From positions 8,804,001 through 8,868,000 of the forward strand of contig CM022672.1 of the NCBI GenBank assembly GCA_012295275.1: a stretch of DNA of 64,000 bases. The letters are read 5' to 3'. The stretch's first letter is position 1. Each line of letters opens with the position of its first letter. Below the pieces are notes generated by a model. It made no database searches. It was not told the origin of the DNA and worked only from the letters and a program-made list of their open reading frames with translations. Positions 1 through 9,518 of the stretch are shown here, piece by piece. This stretch comes from Chrysomallon squamiferum. Lineage: Eukaryota > Animalia > Mollusca. A program made the position numbers and the translations under genes.

Positions 1-77
1 ATCAACAATTCTCAGGCAGGCTGGCCTTGACTGCTGCAGCTGTCACTAAAGGTGTGCAAGAAGTTACAATATCTCAC

Positions 78-2376
78 CTGTCATTTTATCCTTCAGTTTT
101 GTCTCCTGGTGATCTTCCTCAGAACTGAGCATGTTGATATTACTGCTTTCTATTTCATCATCTTTAGCTTTTAAGCAACACGTTTCTTCTGCATCTGTTT
201 GCATCAGTGCCGGTTCTGATGCAGCAAAGTTTTTTTCTGAACAATAGGCTTCTCCAGACACTGGATTAAAAAAACATATTTAGTTTTTACACTTCAGAAA
301 AATTAATAATTACTTTTCCACTGAAATTAATTTTAATTTTATTTTTTTTATTATTATTTTTTTTAACTTATATTAAAGTTTTAATTTGTAAATTTTTTTT
401 TTTTTTTTTTTTTTTTAAATTCTGTTAACTGAATTTTTGCATTGTTCTAAAGAATATTTTAGCTGCTCTAAACAAGTATCTTTTTATTATGATGTTTATT
501 TTTTTTTTTTATTTGTTGTTGTTTTGTTGCTGTTGTTTGTTTTGGGGGTTTTTTTTGCTCTAAGGGTTAATTAAAAATGTATACATTATGGATGCTAGTT
601 TCCTCTGGGGGAAATTTAATAACGAATTACCTTTTATTAAAAAGAGAAGATAACAAAATAATTGATTATTTAAATAGCTCATTATTTTTTGTAGAAAAAA
701 ATAAGATTCCATTGTTTGAAACATCTTTAAAATTTCCCATTCTTTGAAATCTTTAAGTAACACATTTTTCAAACATTAAAATGTATGTCTGGTGAGATCA
801 CGAAACAATTTAAATATGTTTTGAATACTTCCAAATTACGTTTTATTTATTTTCTATTTCAAATCTACATTAATAATAAAGTAGAATAACCAAAAACACA
901 GTTTTAAAATATCTGGGAGTGTCCATATTTCTCTGGTCATGACAACATTGTGTGCTAGGTGGATGTGGAAGGATTTTCTAATGCCAGTCTGCCATGATGT
1001 CATGACTCCAGCTGTAAAGGGGTAAGATAGCAAGAGAGCAATGTCATGTGATTTTTAGACACTGTTTATTTATTGTTATCAGACATGATAGCTTGTCAAA
1101 AACAATAAAATAATAACTTGGAAGTATAAACAGAATTTTATTAGACTATTTATTCACACAACCACACTTTAAATGAAGCATTTTGCTCTAGAAGTCATTA
1201 AGAAATGTGAAGGAAAACTGTTTTGTTTGTATGTAAATTTAAGCTGCTTTCAGTTACTGTATTCTTTAGTTGACTTTTTTAAGAAAATCATCTTTTTAAA
1301 ATGGCCAAAGTCGTTATAGTTTATCTTTCTTTTTAATTTGTTGAGTGAATTCACTATATGATGGTGTACCATTCAGGCACACATGTGATTTATATTTGAC
1401 AAAAGTATTTCTTCAACATTTCCACAGGAAATGCATAATGACCCACATAAGATACTTTTTATTAAAATAACTTACCTTGCAGGGTGTTTGCTTCCATTGT
1501 AGTTTTGTCCATTGTTTGTTCTTCATTGGCATACCCAGAGCATGAAGGCATTTCTTTTTCAAAACAGAAATAAAAAATTATTTTTGTAAGTGCATAAGCA
1601 TTCATAAATATCAAAGCTCATAATTAAAACTAAACTGAAAATATTTGAAATCTGGGTATGTTTGTGTGTAGGTGTGTTTATTGTATTTATTTATTTATTA
1701 TTTTGCTTTTGTTATTGTTGTTATTATTTTAAAAATGAATATTGTTTACCAAATCAATAAATAGTAATTACTTTCATTTTGTATTTTTTAGCAAGTAAAC
1801 AAGGAATATACATTGACACAGATAATATTTTTAGCAAGAATCTGTGAACAGAAAAACCAAATTATAAAAATCTGAATTAAATTAAAAAGGGACACACTAA
1901 TTTATGTTGAAATTTCATAACAGTTTGAAATAATAATAAATAAAATTACTAAAACACGCTTTACAGTAGATCTAAATTAAATTACCATACATATACATTT
2001 TTAAGAATTAAGGGAATTTGTTCTCACTAAGACAAGTTAAAAAAATAATTTATAAAATCTACAATTAATAGTCATATAAATTAACACAGAAATATTTTAT
2101 TAGCATATCCTCAGTTGGCTTTTTAATTTATTTTTAATTTATTATTATTTATTTTTAATTTACTATTATTTATTTTTATTTTATTTATAATTTTGAAACT
2201 TAAATTCTTACAATAAAAATGAAAATGTGTATCTTCAAATGCTTTCGGTTTTATTATGAAGAGTATATATAATATATGTTCTTAATTTATGATAAAAACA
2301 AAATAACAAAATAAATCAGTAATTTATGGCAAACACATCTAAGATCTTTATTTAACATACATACACACACACATAG

Positions 2377-2428
<52 letters not shown>

Positions 2429-4029
2429 ATGTATTTGTGCGTGTATATTGATTGACAGAGAAAACATTTGGGAACTGTTTGTGGCTGACAACTCAGTTGC
2501 TTCTTATCATTAGCAGATCTTACATCTGCTAACAGTGATGTTTACCTTCTGTTACCCCATTCATTTTGGCTGTGGCTTGTACTTCTGTTTGAAAAAAATA
2601 ATAAAAATAATTACACACATATACAAGTACACATATGCACATATTCATTCTCTGTTTTTAATAAATATATCAGTTCTAGTCATGGTTTCTCTCTGTTTGC
2701 AAAATAAAATAAAATCACAAATGAATGCATAAAACAAATATTGTTCTTGTTAAATGTTTATTTGTGTCTCAGGTAAATGAATAACTGAAAACCAAATCTG
2801 ACTAAAGAAAACTGATAAAGGATTAATATTTAAATTGAATATTTTCACAGATATCTAAAATAGATAGTAGTTCTTACAAATTCCTGTTACTTCATGAAAT
2901 GAAAATAATAACATTTCTTGTAATTCCAAATTCATGAAAGAGAAATTATTACAAATTGGGTAATTACAAAGATACAACATAATGTCTGCTATGTAAAAGT
3001 GACAGTTAAAAATAACAAACAACAAAAGTGTTTGAATGATAAAACAAACTTAGTAGATGACCATCTCTATTGATACTTACTTTCAACAAAGTCTGGGTCA
3101 ATCATTCTGGCTACTTCTGTCCGGTTTAAGTCAATTAGGACCCTGAGAAAATCTTCATACCATCCTATTTTCTTTTTCCAGATGTGATCCAGTAAATAAA
3201 TAGAAGCTCTAATATCACCATGGTTTTGTGCAATCTGAAATATTTCTTCTTCCTCAACAGCAGATAAAATGTCTTTCCCTTTGAATGCATCACAAAGTTC
3301 TCTAGCATCAATATTCTGTTCTATATTTTTTTGAAAAAGTTCTATAATTTTCCTTTTCGCGTCATGATTTTCATAACCAATATCCCCTTCAAGCAGCTTC
3401 AGTACATGCTCGTATCCTTAAAATAAATAATGTGATATTACTAAAATTAGTTTTAATAATTAAAGAAATCTCAAACAGATATGTAAATAATGAATAGAAT
3501 ACAAACACTAACTAAAATGAGGCACTTATTGTATATATCTTTTAAAATTTACTGAGTTACTCTTGTGAACGAATGTTTTAAATTAAAATTTATTAAGAAG
3601 AACAACATTTTACAAAACACAAAAAAGAAAGGAAGAAATTCGAGAAAAAAATGGAATATAATTAGTAATGCCACATATACTGTTATTCTGCTGTACTGGT
3701 GTCAGTCATACAGCTGATATTTGTTGTGAACCATAGAAATAATAAAGAAAGAAAATTTAAGTAATACCTTCCTCAGTTAATGCTTTTTGAAACTGTTTCC
3801 ATCGACCTGGTTCATCAGATTTCTCTAAAATCTCTAAAAATAATTCTCCAGCTTCTTGGTACTTTCCATCCCTGTCTAACTTGTTAATTCTTGCACGTTT
3901 TTCTTCAATAAATTGAATACATCAATCAGTCAATGAATCAATCAATAAATCAGTGCTGATACCTCAGCATTTTAATATTAACCTGTCCCCTGACAAATAC
4001 TTTTTGACAAGAAATGAAGTATTTTTTTA

Positions 4030-4065
<36 letters not shown>

Positions 4066-4200
4066 GATACAGGGAAACAGTCTGTTGGAAAACTAACATA
4101 TGTAGTGCATTGGTTTGAACTGGAAACAGCACAAATGGATGACTGCTGAAGATTGATCTTAATCCACATCCTGTTCCCTACTATTCTCTAAGATCAGAGC

Positions 4201-4254
<54 letters not shown>

Positions 4255-5250
4255 ACTTGGTAGTGCAGTTAATTTTGTTGTAATGTTCCTATCATTTTGA
4301 TGATGTGTTATCAATCATTCACTTCCTCTGAATGAGTTCAGTGTGATCAAACCTATAAAACACTGTGTCCGTTTCATGTTCTAACCAGTGCTTCATAAAT
4401 GATAAATCAAAGGCTGTCATGTTTGTTTTCCTGTCTGTGGGAAGGTGCATAAAAGAACACGACTGTTGCTATGTCAAGGTGGAAGAAAAGAAAGTCTTTT
4501 TAATGTTTTATTTAATACTGGTTAAGGAATAGCTAATCTGGGTGCTGTGATTGTTGGTATTTTGACACATTTTCTTAAATTTTATATACTTCTTTAATAA
4601 TGGCACTTTTTATATTTGGTATAAAAAATGATATATCATTTGTCAGATTTTATTTTACATGCCCACAAGTGTATTTTATTTCTATCAATTTGTTTTTGTA
4701 TTAATCCATTCAAAAAAATAAAATATAATTAGATGTCATTTAAAAGCCAAATTTGTTCAGTCATTTTCAATGAGAAATTTACTTCCATTTTAATTCACTT
4801 TTATGTTATCATTATTAAACTTTCTTATCATTAAATTACATCTATGTTTTGTTCCCTATTGTTTTGTTTTAATTTATTAACACCATAATTATTATGATAA
4901 TAATTTGGAAAATGAAAGTAGATCTTTCTTTCCAAAACGCGAAAGGAACTGAAAATTGTTAATCTTAGAAGAAGAAGAAGAAAAAGAAGAAGAAAATCAC
5001 TTTATTAAATGAAAACAATGATTTAATAAAAATTATAAACGTTTTTGCTATTATAAATATATTTAGTCTGCAACTGAAATTTGCTTAGGTCAAATAACAA
5101 TAACAATTTCTTGTTGGTTGTTGCGGCAAACTTACCTCTAACACAATCGACATAGGAAATAAGGTGGCTAAATTTGACATGTTCCAAAATACATGAACGA
5201 TAAACATTTATACTCCACTGTAGATGATCTTCTTCGTTACACTGATCCAT
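78..5250 (-). CDS. Tandem-CARD protein, RIG-I/MDA5-like N-terminus, copy A (3'-partial; probably continues beyond the left edge)
   Basis: GT-AG exons, all phase 1: 5250-5136 (MDQCNEEDHLQWSINVYRSCILEHVKFSHLISYVDCVR), 3902-3768 (EKRARINKLDRDGKYQEAGELFLEILEKSDEPGRWKQFQKALTEE), 3416-3081 (GYEHVLKLLEG...ASIYLLDHIWKKKIGWYEDFLRVLIDLNRTEVARMIDPDFVE), possibly 2584-2546, 1553-1476, and 260-78 (acidic linker ending in an ACAG|gtgag donor). The 'LFL..L..sd.pG.W..F..AL...GY..v' and 'LLD.I.....GWY..FL..L' patterns resemble the two CARDs of RIG-I-like receptors. The family call is by recognition, not HMM search. Confidence 0.75.
2378..2426. repeat. (GT)n microsatellite
   Basis: Direct reading. Similar GT/CA tracts at ~14986-15031, 17255-17291, 21468-21550, 48880-48952 and 51585-51622. 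Confidence 0.95.
2890..3569 (-). repeat. Left arm of a near-identical inverted duplication (partner 7411-8045)
   Basis: The reverse complement matches 7411-8045. The 336-nt exon differs at 16 positions by manual count, and the flanking intron sequence aligns on both sides. Confidence 0.9.
4370..4520 (+). repeat. Degenerate interspersed (SINE-like) repeat fragment
   Basis: TTTCATGTTCTAACCAGTGCTTCA resembles TTTCCAGTTCCAGCCATTGCTCCA at ~22003-22028. The family is not identified from the sequence alone. Confidence 0.3.
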
Positions 5251-5551
5251 TTTTCAAAAGTTCGTATAATACTGACGTGTAATAAATGATTTCTTGAAGT
5301 CTTTCCGAATGTTAATTTCTCGGAAAAACCACTGCAGTTCAAGGAACAGGACAAAGTTATTTATATATTTCGACAACTATCGGAAATGTTCGTTACATCA
5401 GAAAGATATCGGTCTTTTTCGGTATCGTGAAAGAACCATTGTCATTGGTCACTGGAAATATTTAGTTGGTGAAAGCATTCCGACCGACACCGACATTATT
5501 GCGACTTTTCCCCGAATTTATATACTAAAAATAACAATGACGGTTTCTCTA

Positions 5552-5582
<31 letters not shown>

Positions 5583-5648
5583 TTTTTTTTTTTTATCATG
5601 TGACAAAAGGAGATAGTGAGAGATAGTGTTAATTTTCTCATCATCCTC
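5251..5648. promoter_or_regulatory. Shared bidirectional promoter/5'UTR region of the CARD pair with three GAS (STAT) motifs
   Basis: 398 bp lie between the divergent ATGs, relatively CpG-rich for this window. TTCnnnGAA occurs at 5317-5325 (TTCTCGGAA), 5338-5346 (TTCAAGGAA) and 5508-5516 (TTCCCCGAA). Confidence 0.6.
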
Positions 5649-7119
5649 ATGACTTCTGATATATACGAGGAACTTGAATTTAATGTCGATGTTTATAAAC
5701 CTTTTATAATCGAGCATGTGAAATTTAGCCATTTGTCATCGATTGATTGTATAAAAGGTATACACTATACGTAATATAAAAATAATTATAATAAATATGT
5801 TGATGGAGAAAGGTTAATATTTTCTGCTATTTTATTTGCTATAAATAATTTATTCTGCAATTTATTATTGTTGTTGTTTTTTAATTACTGTTCGATAATT
5901 AATTAAATCAGGTGTAGCGTAAATAATTACTGTAATTTGCTGGTTTCTAATTTAACTGTATTTATTTTAATGAAACTCTCTTTATTCAAACAGGAACAAG
6001 AAACTGAATTTTAAAATGCATAATGGCTGAAGGAAAATATATTTAGTGTTTATGTACATAATTATTATATGTATCATTTGTATGTATACATGTGTGCATA
6101 TATATCATATGTATGAATATATGCATGGGTAGGTATATGTGTTTATATGTGTATGTATATATCTGAGTGAATGTGTGTATATAAGTGTGTGTGTGTGTGT
6201 GTAAATATGTGTATGTTTAAATAAGTATGTTTATATGTTACTTATGTATGTTTTTAAATAAACATGTTTCTATGTTTGTGTGTAAATGTGCATACATTTA
6301 TGTGTGTAGGTATGTGTATATTTATATATGTAAATAGGTATCTATATATGTTGTGACATGAGTACAGTTATTATTTATTATTATTTGCATACATTTAGTG
6401 CTGTGTGAATTTGCATAAACTAAGTAAGTAGTCTTAACAGTTATATTAACAGCTGAAGAATAATAATGTTAAAACACACACAAACACACAGACACACACA
6501 TATGTATGAATGTGTGTGTGTGTGTGTGTGCACGTGTTTGATTGTTTTTGTAATTTGTAATCACTATCTTCATTTTACTCAGTTCTCTTTAATTAATAGA
6601 GTTGTATGACCCCCTTTTTTTTTCTTTTTTTTTTAAAAAACAAACAAAAACAGTGCATGCTTCAAAACTGTACAAACTGGATAGAGATGGAAAGTATAGG
6701 GAAGCAGGAGAACTGTTCCTTAGTGTACTGAAGAAATCGGATGATCATCAGAAATGGCAACAGTTCAGAGTTGCGCTGCAACAGGAAGGTGATGTCATGA
6801 TTAAAATTAAATGATACATTGCATAGATATAGCTGAATTAAATATAATTATATAGTGTGCAGATATACCTGAATTAAATTAAATGATATTCTGAGTAGAT
6901 ATACCTGAATTTAAAAGAATGATATAGTGTGACCTGAATTCAATTAAGTGATTTTCTGAGTAAATATACCTGAATTAAATTAAATGATATTTTGCATAGC
7001 TATACCTGCATTAAATGATATATTGCATATCTAGATATACCTAAAATAAATTAAATGATTTTCTGAGTAGATATGCCTGAATTTAAGATTAAATATTACA
7101 TACATACATACATACATAT

Positions 7120-7183
<64 letters not shown>

Positions 7184-9518
7184 GTCTTTCATTTTCCCAG
7201 TTTTATAAAAAATAGTTTAAAAATTATTAAAACTAATTTGACTAAACATCTCATTAAGCTGTGGTTTATTAATCTTTTTTCCATTTTTCTAAAATATACT
7301 TCTTTATATTGTTCTCTGAAAAGTATGGTTTTCATTACTGCTACTACTACTACTACTGTTACTACTACTATATGATAATAATGATAACCATATATATTTA
7401 TAACCTTATATTCACAAGAGTAACTCAGTAAATTTTACAATAAGATTAAGTGCCTCATTTTAGTGTTTGTATTCTATTCATTATTTACATCTCAGTTTGA
7501 GATTTCTTTAATTATTAAAACTAATTTGAGTAACATCACATTATTTACTTTAAGGATATGAGCATGTACTGAAGCTGCTTGAAGGGGATATTGGTTATGA
7601 AAATCATGACGAGAAAAGGAAAATTATAGAACTTTTTCAACAAAATATAGCACAGAATATTGATGCTCGAGAACTTTGTGATGCATTCAAAGGGAAAGAC
7701 ATTTTATCTGCTGTTGAGGAAGAAGAAATATTTCAGATTGCCGAAAACCATGGCAATATTTCAGCTTCTATTTATTTACTGGATCATATCTGGAAAAAAA
7801 AAGTAAGATGGTATGAAGATTTTCTCAGGGTCCTAATTGACTTAGACCGGACAGAAGTAGCCAGAATGATTGACCCAGACTTTGTTGAAAGTAAGTATCA
7901 ATAGAGATGGTCATCTACTAAGTTTGTTTTATCATTCAAACACTTTTGTTGTTTGTTATTTTTTCTTTATAATTAATCAATTTTTAATAATTTTTATTTC
8001 ATGAGTTTGGAATTACAGTATGTATTATTATTTTCTTTTCATGAATATTTATCATGTTTGAATTTATAATTATGATTTTACTGTCAGGGAGAAGGTGTGT
8101 ATTAAAGATTATTAAAGATGTCTTATTACTAATCAGTTGCTAATCCATGGAGTCACATTTACAGGTTTTCTTTCTGATGTCAGTATATTTTTGATACTTA
8201 TGACCATTAATATAACAGATGTTAAATATTAATTGATTTGCTTATCCAGAGTAAGGGAAGCTATGAAGATAATTTTACATTTGTCAGTGTTTGTACACTG
8301 AAACATTATATACTGAAAAATGTTTTTAAAATATTTTTACAAATAGGAACATTTAATTTATTAAAAATTTTTGGTCTGCTGTTTTGGTGTATTTAGTTTG
8401 ATTAATAAAGAGTTTCGTAATTTTAATTTATTTTAAACAAAACAATTACTACAGTTCAAAATATGTATTTAATAATTTAAAGTTATTATTTGTTTTAAAA
8501 ATATTTGTATTTTTTTTATAATATTCATTTTCTTTCTTAACAGAAAGGCTAGCTTGTCAGAGGGAGGAATTTAAAATAGAAAAAGAATTGCAAGGTAATG
8601 TTAAAGTGTATCTTAGGTAATGTTATTTCCAAGTTGTGTTTTATTTGTTTGTTTTTATTGTGTGTGTGTGTGTGTGTTTGCTGGGGTTTTTTTGTGGTTT
8701 TTTTGTTCCTGTTTCCTACAGAAAATATGACTTAAGTGAAAAAGAAACCTCCCTGCACAGTGTTTTTTGTAATTTCATAATATATATTGATTTTCTGCAT
8801 AAACTGTGATTTAAGTGAAAAAGAATCCTTACTGCACAAAGTATTTATAATTTCTACTTTGCAACAAGAGTTATTATGAACAGATTAATTTCACTTTCCT
8901 CTTACTGTTATTTTTATAACAAATGTCTATTTATTTGCAGATGACACATCAAGCATTCCACAAAATAATCTTGACAAAACACTGACAAGCATTGAAGAAA
9001 ATAATTATCAATGGCCCTCAGATAAGTATGAAAACAAAAGCCAAGAAATGATGGATCATAATGATAAAAAACCAAAATACAACAACAATCCAAGACATGT
9101 ATCAAACAGAAACCTCCAGATGACTTCTTCAGCTCCATTAAAACCTTCCAACCAGCTGCTTTGTAATGGAAAGATAACCTCTAACCATTTGTCTTCTGAA
9201 ATGATTCCATTTCAAAAGGAAGACGGTACTGTTGAACTTCATACTTCAAATGGAAGCAAGAAGAGGCTACTTTCATCAACGCCATCTGGAAATATGGATG
9301 GTGTTTTTGTTACTCACAATTTTGGAAATGATGAAAGGAATGAAGTCCCCACTAAAACGCAAGCAACAGAAATCAGTGGAAATTGCATCGATTGTGCCAG
9401 GACACGTGAAGAAATAAGGATGCTGAAATTTGAAATTCAGGAAATGAAGTCCAGTATGCAAGAGATGAATAAACTTTTAAACAAGCTTGTTCTGGTCACA
9501 CAATCACATAGGAAATAA
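5649..9518 (+). CDS. Tandem-CARD protein copy B: CARD-CARD, low-complexity linker, C-terminal CxxC plus coiled coil (~402 aa, no helicase)
   Basis: GT-AG exons 5649-5757 (MTSDIYEELEFNVDVYKPFIIEHVKFSHLSSIDCIK), 6654-6788, 7555-7890, 8544-8594 and 8941-9518 join in frame (1209 nt). Exons 2 and 3 have the same lengths as in copy A (135 and 336 nt). The last exon is in frame with ORF 9048..9518 and ends CIDCARTREEIRMLKFEIQEMKSSMQEMNKLLNKLVLVTQSHRK*. Confidence 0.8.
6800..7095. repeat. Minisatellite, ~35-bp unit, ~8 degenerate copies (intron 2 of CARD copy B)
   Basis: Recurrent AGATATACCTGAATTAAATTAAATGATAT, followed by a (TACA)n(TA)n microsatellite at ~7098-7180. Confidence 0.85.
7411..8045 (+). 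repeat. Right arm of a near-identical inverted duplication (partner 2890-3569)
   Basis: TTCACAAGAGTAACTCAGTAAATTTTA and GTAAGTATCAATAGAGATGGTCATCTACTAAG are both present as reverse complements in 2890-3569. Confidence 0.9.

Noticed and set aside
5294-5732. ORFs 5294..5626 (+) and 5496..5732 (-) in the CARD promoter
   Set aside because: Both run through a TAT/AAT microsatellite. The first starts at TTG, and the second is antisense to the real exon 5649-5757.
5994-6031. Acceptor-like aacag followed by ATGs in intron 1 of CARD copy B
   Set aside because: No GT donor follows, and exon 1 joins exon 2 in frame without it.
6800-7095. Regularly spaced ~35-bp repeats, superficially CRISPR-like
   Set aside because: Contiguous degenerate units without unique spacers, inside a eukaryotic intron, with no cas genes. 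This is a minisatellite.
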